Below are positions 43,929-53,070 of a stretch of DNA of 59,454 nt, piece after piece (position 1 is the first letter of the stretch; each line of letters opens with the position of its first letter). The stretch is from a virus (taxonomy: Duplodnaviria; Caudoviricetes), in IMG/VR virus record IMGVR_UViG_3300014720_001630, positions 1 through 59,454 of that record; one strand, 5' to 3'. The notes beneath the pieces are model-generated. The model was not told the origin of the DNA. It searched no databases and worked only from the letters and a program-made list of their open reading frames with translations. The position numbers were made by a program, and so were the translations under genes.

Positions 43929-46508
43929 CTAATACGGAGCGTGGTCGCGCTCGTACCTGTCGTCTACGCCGGGCCGCGGCACGTTGCCGCCGTGATTGCG
44001 CCACGGCGTCTCGGACATGGGCTTGAACGACCAGCCTTTGAACATGCGGTAGCCGTTGAGCGTGATACGCCGCATGCCCTTTTCTTCCATCTTCTTGGCA
44101 AAGTATTGCCGCGACCAACGCTCGATGCGGCGATCGTGCCGGTAGCGAGCCCACTTGATAAGCGCCTCGTACAGATCGGCGGTGTTGATCTTTTCGTCCG
44201 GGTCGGCGACGAGGTTCGCCTGCACGAACTCGCCAAGCACGTCCTCGTCCTCCTTGTACTCGGCGGTGGCGTCGAGCACGGCCGGCGGGATCGGCAACTC
44301 CGACAGGGCCGCCTGCATCATCGCGCCCTCGATCATCCAGCGGAAAATCTGCGGCCCCTCCTCCTCAAGCAACTCCTTGTAGATTTCTTTCTTGTCGGCC
44401 TTTCCCTCAAACTTGGCGTTGAACGGAATGAGTTTGATGCGGCGCCAGGTGCCGTGGGTCTGGTCGAGGATGTTGGGCTTGGTGTTCGACATGAGGAACA
44501 CCTTATGCGTGGCGTCGAACTCGACATGGCTTTGCTGCAAGTGACGCCCGATCATCGTGTCGCCGCCCGTGATGCGCTTGATGGTGCCCATGGAGAGGGT
44601 CGCGTTCTGCTCAAGCTCGGCGGTGTAGAACATGCGGGCGCCCTTGAACCGGATCATGCGGTACTCGGGATTGCCGCCGCGCGGGATGCCGTCGAGCAGG
44701 ATGTCCGGGCTGTCGGTCGTCGCGTAGTCGCCGAGAAGGTGGCGCAGGATGTTGAGCAACTGGCTCTTGCCGTTCTGCCCCTCGCCGTAGAAGAAAAACA
44801 GGCATTGATGGCGCACGTCGCCGGTCAGCGCGTACCCGCACATAAGCTGCATGAAATGCGCGAGCGCATCGTCGCCGCAGCAAATGTCCATGATGAACTT
44901 GATGAACCGCTTGGGCCGGTCGCCGGACGGCGCGACGTGATAGGGCGCGCACTTCGACACGAGCCATTGCGGGCCGTGCGGGTGGATGTCGCCGGTCTTG
45001 AGATCCACGACGCCGGAAAGGGTATTGAGCAGATACGGGTCGCGGTCCATGTTGCGAGCGTCGAATTGGACGCCGGCAAGCGCCTCGGCCGACTTCATCA
45101 TCGCCTCGACCTTGCCCGTGCTCTGCGTCGAGATGGCCCACCGCTCCACCGCGCGCTGCGCGTCAAGTCCGTCGGCGTGCTGTGCCTCCCACTGAATGCG
45201 GATGGCGACGGACTGCGCAAGGCGGCGCACGGCGAGCATGTCGGGCACCCAACGCTGGCCGTTGAAGTAGACCCATCCGAGGCCGTAGCTGTATTTGATC
45301 CTGTCGCCAAACCAGGCGGCGAGGCGGCGGGCGTTGCCGAGATCCGTGTGCGGCTGCGCGCAGGCGTAGCCGAGGACGGCCGACCACTTCGGGCTATACC
45401 TGTCGTCGTCCGACTCCCAAGTAGGCCGGACTTCGATGACTTGCTCGGCGGCTGGCGGCGCCGGGAGTGCGAGCGGGGCGTGCCCATTCGCATGGCCGTT
45501 AAGGTAAACCTCGCCCGTCTCCGGGTCGTGAGGCGGCGGTGCAGGGGGCGGCGGCAACGCGCGTGTGCGCGGCTGCTGGCTGGCGCGTCCCCACCATTCC
45601 GGCAGGTCGATCGCCTCGCCGCCGACAGCGTCGGCCGCGGACTTGAGCGTGGTGCTGATCTCCTGATCGTGCAGACCGAGGCTCGCGGCGTGGGCGCGCA
45701 GCGCGGCTTCAACCTGTGCGGCCTCCATATGCCCGGCATTGATCCACTTGCGCGCGTTCGTCGCCACCTTGAACAGCGTGGCGTTGCGCTTGCCCTCCTG
45801 CGCGGTGGCAAGCTCGGCAATCATGTTGTCCCATGCGCCGTCGCGGTACTTCTGCTCGCGGCGCCCGACCTTGTGCGGGTCGTCGGTGCCGCGCGGGCGG
45901 CCGAGTTTGGGTGTCGTGGCCTTGGGCTTGGGGCGCAGCAGGTTGACAAGCCACTCGGGCGCGTCGGCCAGCGGCAGGTCGGCCGGCGAGAGGGTCATTA
46001 CCCAGTCGTAGACGTGGCCCGAGCGGTGGACAGATCCCGCCGCGTGGACCGTCGAGCCCTTGGTCTTGGACTCGATGCCCGGCCCGAGTTCGCCGTTCGT
46101 GTTCCGCAGGTCGTCGCCCGTGTAGCGGAAATAGATGTGGCAGCCGCGCGACGTGGCAACGCGCCAGGTGTCCGGCAGCGGCTCGTGGCGGTCCTCCAAA
46201 TCCTGCAACGCTTGCGCTGCGGCAATTCCGTCCACGTCGAGCACGAGCAGGCCGGACACAGGCCCGGCGCAGATGGCAATGTTTGCCTTGGGGTATCGCT
46301 TCTCCCACGCGGCAAATTCTTCGTCGGTCGGCAGGCGGGTTTGAAACGGCTTCCACTTCACGAGCGGGGCCTTGCCGATCTGCTTCTCGTCAACCTCGCT
46401 CGTCTGCGGGTCGATCATCGCCTTGGTGGCGCGCATCCCCGGCGCGTGCGTCGGGAACACCGAGAAGCCAAGGGCGCGCAGGCCTCGGGCGTGGGCGAGG
46501 AAGGTCAT
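43929..46508 (-). CDS. Bifunctional primase-polymerase fused to a D5/P4-type SF3 helicase
   Basis: NIAI..G..SGLLVLDVD, T.RG.HIYF, EGKRN..LF, TDLGNA.R, GEGQNGKS, IKRITGGD, WRRIKLIPF. Confidence 0.95.
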   Translation of the reverse strand: MTFLAHARGLRALGFSVFPTHAPGMRATKAMIDPQTSEVDEKQIGKAPLVKWKPFQTRLPTDEEFAAWEKRYPKANIAICAGPVSGLLVLDVDGIAAAQALQDLEDRHEPLPDTWRVATSRGCHIYFRYTGDDLRNTNGELGPGIESKTKGSTVHAAGSVHRSGHVYDWVMTLSPADLPLADAPEWLVNLLRPKPKATTPKLGRPRGTDDPHKVGRREQKYRDGAWDNMIAELATAQEGKRNATLFKVATNARKWINAGHMEAAQVEAALRAHAASLGLHDQEISTTLKSAADAVGGEAIDLPEWWGRASQQPRTRALPPPPAPPPHDPETGEVYLNGHANGHAPLALPAPPAAEQVIEVRPTWESDDDRYSPKWSAVLGYACAQPHTDLGNARRLAAWFGDRIKYSYGLGWVYFNGQRWVPDMLAVRRLAQSVAIRIQWEAQHADGLDAQRAVERWAISTQSTGKVEAMMKSAEALAGVQFDARNMDRDPYLLNTLSGVVDLKTGDIHPHGPQWLVSKCAPYHVAPSGDRPKRFIKFIMDICCGDDALAHFMQLMCGYALTGDVRHQCLFFFYGEGQNGKSQLLNILRHLLGDYATTDSPDILLDGIPRGGNPEYRMIRFKGARMFYTAELEQNATLSMGTIKRITGGDTMIGRHLQQSHVEFDATHKVFLMSNTKPNILDQTHGTWRRIKLIPFNAKFEGKADKKEIYKELLEEEGPQIFRWMIEGAMMQAALSELPIPPAVLDATAEYKEDEDVLGEFVQANLVADPDEKINTADLYEALIKWARYRHDRRIERWSRQYFAKKMEEKGMRRITLNGYRMFKGWSFKPMSETPWRNHGGNVPRPGVDDRYERDHAPY

Positions 46509-48082
46509 TCGCTTCCCTCGCGCAGCTTTTCGACCATTGCGATGCGCTCGCCGATCCAACGCATCACGGGAACGGCCATGCTATTTCCGTATGCGCGGTA
46601 CTGTGGACCGTCGGGACACTCGGACGCTGGCCGACCGCGCCAAGGAATTTGCGTCCAGTTGTCAGGAAATCCCTGCAATCTGGCGCACTCGGTCGGCGTC
46701 AGGCGGCGCACTTGCATGGCGTGCAGCAGCTTTGGCCCGGAGTGATTGGGCGCACCGCTTTCGGCGTTGAGCGTTGAAGTGACATCGCCGTCTATCGTCT
46801 GATTGTAGACATCGACCGCCACCGCAACCTGACCGCCGCCGTTCGCGTGGCTTCCGGCGTGGCCCATCGCGCGCAGTGTCGGCGCGGTGTCGCCGGCGTC
46901 GCCGCCGTGATCCTTGGCGCTGAACGCCAGCACATGCGGCTTGTCGCCGCCTCCTTGCGAGGCGCGCAGGGCGTGCGCCTTGTCGTCGCCGAGTTCCGCC
47001 GTCGCCCCGCCGTCGCGGCCGCGCAGGGCTACGCTGACCGGCACCAGCGGCGTGCCGCGGCCCGTGCCGTCCTCGCTGGCGTCGAAGCCTTCGCCGCGCA
47101 GGGCGCGGGCAACAGCTTGCACCTCGGCGCGTGCTTCCAACGTATAGGCGATATCGGCTTGGATGCCAACGCCGTCAGGGCCAGATGCCGGGTTCTCACG
47201 CAACGCGCCCGCTTGAATGGCGTGGGCGACAAACAGCCCCGCGCCGCCGAGCGCGTGCTGGTCCTCAAGGCCCTGCTTCTCGCCAAACGCCGCGTTGAGC
47301 GTCGGCGCTACGTCGGCCGGCAAGCGCGTGTCGGCGATCAGCGCTCCGTCGAGTTCGGCGTCGGTGCCGAGCCCGCCACCGACTCGAGTGCGCGCCGCAA
47401 GAGTGGGGGCAGTTCCTTGCCGCGCTTCTCGGCGCGGCGCAGGATGCCAGCGCAGGCTTTCGACGACAGGAAGAAGCGCGTCGGCACAGTCCCAGTTTCC
47501 AGAATTTCCGCGAGCGAGCACGAATACGCGCCGCCGTCGTTGCGCCAAGCCGAAGTGCTGGGCGTCCAAGATCCGCCATGCGGCGATTCTTTTGGGTCCA
47601 GAAACCACGCCTGCATCGGTCCATCCGCACCCCGCTGGCGCAACGATGGGTGCATCGTGGCCGACCAATCCCGCCAAGAAGGCGCCAAAGGCATTGTCGG
47701 CGACGGAGAGGATTCCGGGGACGTTTTCCCAAAGGATCCATGCGGGCTTGCGCCGAGCATCGCGTCGAAGATCGTCAATTGCATTTGCGAGCCTCACGAA
47801 TTCAAGGGTCAGGTTGCCGCGGTCGTCGGCGAGGGACTGCCGCAGGCCGGCGACGGAGAAGGCTTGGCAGGGCGTGCCGCCGACGAGGATGTCCGCGTCC
47901 ACAATCCACGCTTCGTCGCGCAGCTTCGTGAAATCGCCGTGGATAGGAACATGCGGGAATCGATGCGCCAAGACGGCGCGCGGGAATGCTTCGATCTCCG
48001 AGAACGCAAGCGGCGTCCAGCCAAGCGGTTCCCACGCCACGCTGGCAGCCTCAATCCCGCTGCACACGGACAAATACCTCAT
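46505..48082 (-). CDS. DNA cytosine-C5 methyltransferase (main chain)
   Basis: SVCSGIEA, GGTPCQAFS, WENVPG, QRRRRVF, RRLTPTECARLQGFPD, YGNSMAVP. Confidence 0.96.
   Translation of the reverse strand: MRYLSVCSGIEAASVAWEPLGWTPLAFSEIEAFPRAVLAHRFPHVPIHGDFTKLRDEAWIVDADILVGGTPCQAFSVAGLRQSLADDRGNLTLEFVRLANAIDDLRRDARRKPAWILWENVPGILSVADNAFGAFLAGLVGHDAPIVAPAGCGWTDAGVVSGPKRIAAWRILDAQHFGLAQRRRRVFVLARGNSGNWDCADALLPVVESLRWHPAPRREARQGTAPTLAARTRVGGGLGTDAELDGALIADTRLPADVAPTLNAAFGEKQGLEDQHALGGAGLFVAHAIQAGALRENPASGPDGVGIQADIAYTLEARAEVQAVARALRGEGFDASEDGTGRGTPLVPVSVALRGRDGGATAELGDDKAHALRASQGGGDKPHVLAFSAKDHGGDAGDTAPTLRAMGHAGSHANGGGQVAVAVDVYNQTIDGDVTSTLNAESGAPNHSGPKLLHAMQVRRLTPTECARLQGFPDNWTQIPWRGRPASECPDGPQYRAYGNSMAVPVMRWIGERIAMVEKLREGSE
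47338..47784 (-). CDS. Nested alternative-frame gene, putative second subunit of the C5 methyltransferase
   Basis: GAGG SD plus ATG. SLAEILE..VP.RFFLS.KAC.GILRRAEKRGK.LP pattern, like the EcoHK31I-type beta chain. Confidence 0.75.
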   Translation of the reverse strand: MQLTIFDAMLGASPHGSFGKTSPESSPSPTMPLAPSWRDWSATMHPSLRQRGADGPMQAWFLDPKESPHGGSWTPSTSAWRNDGGAYSCSLAEILETGTVPTRFFLSSKACAGILRRAEKRGKELPPLLRRALESVAGSAPTPNSTER

Positions 48083-48148
48083 CCGAGCAAACCTCCCCCG
48101 TTCTCGCGCGTTGTGTGCGAGCTATATGCGGACCACAACATATGGGGG

Positions 48149-48709
48149 CTATCCTGTCGGCTGCGGCGAGGGCGTCAGTCTGCGAGCACCGTCCGTCGGC
48201 TGCGGTGTGGGTGCGGTAGTCGGCGTCACGTCGATCAGCTTGCCGGACAGGTACGCCTCAAGCTCCTGCGTGCTCATCGTCTCGACGGACTTGCGGACGT
48301 TGACGTTGACCTCGGTGGTGATGAGGCCGTTGACCTTGGCAAGCGCTTCGAGCAGCCCGCGGCCGGCGGTCGCCTGACCTGGCGAGATGCGTTCGGCCTT
48401 CAGGTCGTCCAGCAACGATGCGATCTCGCGGTTCACGAAGTCGCGCGTGATCTCGACGCGGCTCTGCTCGCCGACGGGCGTGCCCTTGGGATTCCGCTCG
48501 GCCTCGATGCGGCGGACGGTCGCTTCCTGCGCGCGACGGAGCAGCGGCGCATAGAACGGGTCCGACATGATCTGGTCGTACTCGGCCTGCCCCAAGCCGA
48601 CGGCGCGGGCAGCGGCCAGCGGATTGAAGTTGCGGCCTAGTTCTTGGAAGAACAGGTCTTGCTTTGCGGTGAGGGGCTTGTCGCCGGGAGGCTTGTCAGG
48701 GGCCGTCAT
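48149..48709 (-). CDS. Terminase small subunit-like protein
   Basis: LTAKQDLF..E....N...AARAVG, ITRDFV..E, ALAK.NGL, C-terminal MSTQEL. Confidence 0.75.
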   Translation of the reverse strand: MTAPDKPPGDKPLTAKQDLFFQELGRNFNPLAAARAVGLGQAEYDQIMSDPFYAPLLRRAQEATVRRIEAERNPKGTPVGEQSRVEITRDFVNREIASLLDDLKAERISPGQATAGRGLLEALAKVNGLITTEVNVNVRKSVETMSTQELEAYLSGKLIDVTPTTAPTPQPTDGARRLTPSPQPTG

Positions 48710-49191
48710 ATCTCACCTGTCGGGGTGGGCTTCTTCGGTCGGGAGGGGCCGGTGGACAAGACCGGCCCCATGACGCTGTTTCCAGCGCCAGCCCCGACAG
48801 GAAGCGCGACCGGTATAGCATCGGCCCGCTTGAGATGCAACACTTGTTGCGGCGTGAACATGCGGGCGACCCCCTCTAGCGCGTCGTCAACCGATCGCGC
48901 GAGGATGTAAGTCCCGCCGGCGGCTTCGATCGCGCCCTGCCAATCTATCTGCTCATCGCTCTGCTTGGACCATCGGACGGGGCGCTTGACCTCGATCGCC
49001 AAGAACCTTCCGTAGTAGCAGCCGAGAATGTCAGCCTGTCCCGGCATGCCGCCGAAGCGGATCGAGCGCGGGCCACCTTTGGTCCGCACCCATCCGTTGC
49101 CGACGGCGCTGCGCCAGATCGCCATGCCGGGGTAGGTGCCCAAGGCTAGGAGGATCTGGTCTTGGATGGTTTTTTCTTTGGGGGGCGGCAT
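48706..49191 (-). CDS. VRR-NUC domain nuclease
   Basis: EKTIQ..I, GQADIL, FLAIEVK, S.EQ..W...I..AGG.Y..ARSVDD. Confidence 0.92.
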   Translation of the reverse strand: MPPPKEKTIQDQILLALGTYPGMAIWRSAVGNGWVRTKGGPRSIRFGGMPGQADILGCYYGRFLAIEVKRPVRWSKQSDEQIDWQGAIEAAGGTYILARSVDDALEGVARMFTPQQVLHLKRADAIPVALPVGAGAGNSVMGPVLSTGPSRPKKPTPTGEI

Positions 49192-49328
49192 GCAAGGATC
49201 CTGACGTGGTTCTTTCCGTACTTGTCGTGGTGCGCTGGCGCCCCGTCGGTCGGCTTGTAGCCCTTCGGCGGCTTGTGACCGTGGGGCACGCGGCGCACGA
49301 TGGCGGTTTGGCCGACGCGGAGTTTCAT
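49146..49328 (-). CDS. Small basic hypothetical protein
   Basis: ATGA overlap with the methyltransferase stop. Confidence 0.5.
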   Translation of the reverse strand: MKLRVGQTAIVRRVPHGHKPPKGYKPTDGAPAHHDKYGKNHVRILACRPPKKKPSKTRSS

Positions 49329-49891
49329 GGGCTCACCCATCCGAGCGTGGGCGGTCCTTTGTGCGAGTGATCCCAAACGAACCATGCAAACGCGATCATG
49401 CCGCCCTCGTGCTTCTCAGCCAGCCGGGCACGCTGCAAGCTGAGGCGTCCGGCGAACACCCATACCCGCGCAAGCGGCGTGCTCTCAAACATCTTGCGCC
49501 GCTCGCGGCCCTCAAGCCATGCGAGGCGGCACAGCATGGCGACCTTGCCTGTGGTCAAGTCGAGCGCCTTGCGCACGAACGGCTCGGCCATCTTGAACGG
49601 CGGGTTGGTCACGATGTTGGGCGCGCGCGGCTTGTATTCCATGAGGAAGTCGGCGCGCGACTCTCCGTACCCTCGGTCAACCAAGTCGCTGCTGATAACC
49701 TCGTAGCCTGCGTCAATGAGCACCTTGCTGATCGCGCCGTCGCCGCATGCGGGTTCCCATATCGGCCCGTCGAAACGCTCGACCGACAGCAACGCGCGCG
49801 TGCCCTCCGGCGGCGTAGGATAGAAGTCGTCACGCTCGCGGTTCTCGGCGTCGGGAATGATGCCGCGGACATATGCTTGTGCTCCGCTCAT
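49325..49891 (-). CDS. DNA amino-(N6-adenine) methyltransferase
   Basis: DFYPTP, WEPACGDG, IVTNPPF. Confidence 0.9.
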   Translation of the reverse strand: MSGAQAYVRGIIPDAENRERDDFYPTPPEGTRALLSVERFDGPIWEPACGDGAISKVLIDAGYEVISSDLVDRGYGESRADFLMEYKPRAPNIVTNPPFKMAEPFVRKALDLTTGKVAMLCRLAWLEGRERRKMFESTPLARVWVFAGRLSLQRARLAEKHEGGMIAFAWFVWDHSHKGPPTLGWVSP

Positions 49892-52344
49892 CCCGCCTTA
49901 ACCCCCATCTCCAAAGCCAGCCGCATCCTGTCGCGCTCTTTCTTCTGCCGTCCCGCAAGCACGATCTCGGCCCATCCGCGCTTGTAGCCCTTTGCCGCCT
50001 CGACGGCCTTGAGCGATTGCAGGGCGGCGTCCCAGTAGCCCTTTGGCTTGCCCGTCTCGGCGTGGCTGCCGCGCACGATGCGCTCAAGCTCGCCCTCGAC
50101 GTACTCCACCTCGCGGACCTTGACGGTATACGCATGGCCGCAGCGCGGGCAAGTGGGGCTGAATTTGTGCACCGAGAGGCACTTGGGGCAGTTGCGGAGT
50201 GCTACCGCCCGCTCGTCGCTCGTCTCGCGCTTGGCGCCGCCGTCCAGCGTCCACGCCACGCGCTCGTCGGGGAGGCCGTGGACGAGGGTGTTGCCGGCGT
50301 GGTCAAGGATTATGAGCGACTGCTTGCCGGGGAAGGGACGCAAGCCGCGGCCGATCTGCTGGCGGTGAAGCCCCATGCTCTTGGTCGGCCGCAAAAGAAT
50401 GACGACCTCGATCCTGGGAATGTCCGTGCCCTCGGAGATGATGTCGCACGAAGTCAGGCCGTGGATCTTGCCGTCGGTCATGTCCTTGATGAGGCCGCGC
50501 CGCTCCTCCGCGCTCATCTTGCCGTCGATGCTCTTGAACCGATAGCCGGCGGCGCGGAATTGTGCCGCGACTTCCTCAGCGTGCGCGACAGAGACGCAGA
50601 ACACCACCGCGCTCTTGCCGTCCGCGAGGCGCTTGTAGTGCTTGACCGCATCGCCTGTGATCGCGGCCTTGCGCATCGCGGCGTCAAGCTCGGACGAAAC
50701 GTAGTCGCCGGCGCGCGTGTGGACGCCCGACAGGTTGGGCGGCTTCGGGGCGTAGACCTCGAAGTCGGACAGGAAGCCTTGCGTGATTAACTCGTCGGTG
50801 TGCGGACCTAGCACCATCGCGTCGAAGATGTCGCCGAGTCCTTTGCCGTCGAGGCGGCAGGGTGTGGCGGTGAGGCCGACGACCTTGGCCTCGGGGAAGT
50901 GGCGGATTACGTCGGCCCATGTCTTAGCCAGCGCGTGATGCGTTTCGTCCACGAACAGCAGGTCTGGCTTGAGCGGCAGCCGTTCCTTGCGTCGGTGGAG
51001 CGTGCCGATCGACGCCACGATGACGTTGGCGCGCGGCATGCCGTGCGTGGCGGCCGTGAGGAACGAGAACGGCACGCCTACTGTGCGCAATGCGGCGCCA
51101 AGCTGGAACACGATCTCCGTGCGATGCCCGAGATAGATCGCGCTCTTGCCGTTCTTGTGCAGGCCGGCGCCGATCAAGGATGCGATGGCGGTGTTGTGTG
51201 TCACCGTCATGTCGCCGAGCAGGTACAGGTTGTCGCCGCCCACTTCGAAGCCGAAATACTCACCCAAGCCAACGTGCTCAATCGACCGCACACCAGTAAG
51301 AAGCACGTCCTTAATTTGTTTCCTGCGCGCGGCGATTTTTCGGGGCAATCTGCATGGAACGGTGTCGATGTCTCCGCTGATTGAAATAGACGTATACTGG
51401 CCGACCGCGCCATTGTTGTAACAAGTTTTACTTGTGCGGCGCGCATATGCGGCAAGTCCAAGCGAGCGCGCCAAAAATAAAATGTCGTTTGCAAGCGCCT
51501 CGGACTTCTGCGAAATCAAATATCCTTTGTGGCTGTAATAACCGTCGGAGTCGATTAAACCCGCCATCAATTGCAGGCGCGCTTCGCGCGTGGCTGTCTT
51601 GTAGATTTGCGGGATATGTTTATTGTTGACCACCCGCATTTTCTTGAGTTGCGAGAAAACCGGATTTGAGTCCGAGCGGCCCGTTCTTCCCGCTGTCAAA
51701 ATGTATGTAGAGGCTTTGTTGTTTTTCTTGCTGTCTACCCGGACGCCAAGCCCATATCGATGCGCTGTTTCGTACACAACAGAGGAAATTTCTCCGTCCA
51801 TTGTCGTGATGCCGGCCTTCGCCGATGCGCCATCGCCGAGCCAGAGCCCGAAGAAATAAGGATCGAGCGGCAAATCTTTTGACTCTGCGGCACCGTCAAA
51901 CGTGACAGGAACGCGCCACAATTTGAGCAAATGTTTGGTGGTCTTTCCAGCGCAAAGCCATGCCGCAACGCTCATATTGACAGTCTCGCCGCCGCGCCAA
52001 CCTCCAACCCCCTTCGCGCCGTTAGTGACGCGAAAACTCAAAGTGTGGTTGGCCGTCACAACGAACGGGTCGCCCTTCACTGGCGTGACGCGGAATAGGT
52101 CCGCGGTGCCGTTGCCAGTTGCGACGACCGTGCGCGGTCGGCTGTCTGGTCCCAACAACTTGTGCCCAACCCGAATGTCTTGAGACATAAGAACGCGCCC
52201 GTCTGCCATGAGAACGGGCGTATCGCGCGCCAGACACTTGCCTCCGCCGGTCGGCAGCACGAAGCACACGCGCTTTGCGCCCGCGCTGAATGCCGCGCGG
52301 ATGTCTTGGATCGCTTGCGTTTGGTAGGGGCGCGGGGTGAGCAT
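49888..52344 (-). CDS. SF2 DEAD/DEAH-box helicase containing an intein
   Basis: RPYQ, PTGGGK|T, DETHH, TATP, QQIGRGLR, C-terminal CPKC/CPRC. Confidence 0.95.
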   Translation of the reverse strand: MLTPRPYQTQAIQDIRAAFSAGAKRVCFVLPTGGGKCLARDTPVLMADGRVLMSQDIRVGHKLLGPDSRPRTVVATGNGTADLFRVTPVKGDPFVVTANHTLSFRVTNGAKGVGGWRGGETVNMSVAAWLCAGKTTKHLLKLWRVPVTFDGAAESKDLPLDPYFFGLWLGDGASAKAGITTMDGEISSVVYETAHRYGLGVRVDSKKNNKASTYILTAGRTGRSDSNPVFSQLKKMRVVNNKHIPQIYKTATREARLQLMAGLIDSDGYYSHKGYLISQKSEALANDILFLARSLGLAAYARRTSKTCYNNGAVGQYTSISISGDIDTVPCRLPRKIAARRKQIKDVLLTGVRSIEHVGLGEYFGFEVGGDNLYLLGDMTVTHNTAIASLIGAGLHKNGKSAIYLGHRTEIVFQLGAALRTVGVPFSFLTAATHGMPRANVIVASIGTLHRRKERLPLKPDLLFVDETHHALAKTWADVIRHFPEAKVVGLTATPCRLDGKGLGDIFDAMVLGPHTDELITQGFLSDFEVYAPKPPNLSGVHTRAGDYVSSELDAAMRKAAITGDAVKHYKRLADGKSAVVFCVSVAHAEEVAAQFRAAGYRFKSIDGKMSAEERRGLIKDMTDGKIHGLTSCDIISEGTDIPRIEVVILLRPTKSMGLHRQQIGRGLRPFPGKQSLIILDHAGNTLVHGLPDERVAWTLDGGAKRETSDERAVALRNCPKCLSVHKFSPTCPRCGHAYTVKVREVEYVEGELERIVRGSHAETGKPKGYWDAALQSLKAVEAAKGYKRGWAEIVLAGRQKKERDRMRLALEMGVKAG
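51193..52236 (-). mobile_element. Intein with LAGLIDADG homing endonuclease (348 aa)
   Basis: Starts CLARDT, ends VTHN before Thr. Contains TANH, FGLWLGDG and MAGLIDSDG; more AT-rich than its flanks. Confidence 0.95.
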
Positions 52345-52559
52345 TACGCCTGCCGTGCAGCCTCCGCCGTCCGCGGCTCCGGCCAGTCCATCAAGCCCAC
52401 CGCCCCCCGCGTGGCGACGAACACGCGGCGCACGAGCGAATACGTCGGCTGCCGCTTGCCTTGCGTGACGAACGTAAGTGTCGAGGGATGCTCGCCGATC
52501 GCGCGGGCAAACTCCGCCTGCCGGATGTTCTGCGTGGTCAGCCAGTCCTTGAGTGTCAT
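52344..52559 (-). CDS. Second Cro/YdaS-like HTH regulator
   Basis: MTLKDWL....QAEFARAIG...STL....GKRQP...T.GAV...DW. Confidence 0.9.
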   Translation of the reverse strand: MTLKDWLTTQNIRQAEFARAIGEHPSTLTFVTQGKRQPTYSLVRRVFVATRGAVGLMDWPEPRTAEAARQA

Positions 52560-52606
52560 GGGGTGCTCCTTGCCTTGCGCGGCAGCGTATTTGGTCGGTG
52601 GCTCTC

Positions 52607-52657
52607 AACCTACCGCGTGCAACACTTATTGACAAGGGGTGCGCGCAGGAATAGTGT
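52607..52657. promoter_or_regulatory. Overlapping divergent promoters
   Basis: Rightward TTGACA-N17-TAGTGT (52629-52657), leftward TTGTCA-N17-TAGGTT (52635-52607); contains TGCAACACT. Confidence 0.75.
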
Positions 52658-52683
52658 GGCGACCTCACGACAGGAGGACAAGC

Positions 52684-53070
52684 ATGCCCCGCCCCGGCAC
52701 GCATCAAGGCACCTACAGCGTCGAACTCGAACTCGCGGAGGTGGACGAAAACCCCGCGGCGACGTTCGTGCTCGACATCGAATACACCTACAGCCCCGGC
52801 AGGCCCGCGCGCTTATCTCCATGGCCGGGCGAGCCCCCCGAGGGCGCCGAACTCGAAACTGAGGCCGACCTGTTCCTGCTCGACGGGACCAAGCGCATCG
52901 CCATTCCCGCCGAGGCGAAGGCGTGGCTGCTGCGCGTCATCGACCCCGCGCGCTACGTCAACAGGATCTTGAACCAGGCCGCCGAGGAAGCCACGGACGC
53001 GCGCGCCGCAGCGCAGGAGGCTCGGTGGGAAAGCCGGCGCGAGGAGAGGGAGATGGCAAGTGACCGATAA
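52684..53070 (+). CDS. Hypothetical early protein
   Basis: GACAGGAGG SD. Confidence 0.75.
   Translation: MPRPGTHQGTYSVELELAEVDENPAATFVLDIEYTYSPGRPARLSPWPGEPPEGAELETEADLFLLDGTKRIAIPAEAKAWLLRVIDPARYVNRILNQAAEEATDARAAAQEARWESRREEREMASDR

Noticed and set aside
46505-49891. Restriction-modification system
   Set aside because: No cognate restriction endonuclease was recognised. VRR-NUC is a routine phage nuclease, and orphan methyltransferases are typical anti-restriction genes.
52345-52707. N-terminal extension of the helicase ORF
   Set aside because: It overlaps the Cro-like gene and the promoters. The likely start is MLTPRPYQ at 52344, coupled to the cro stop.
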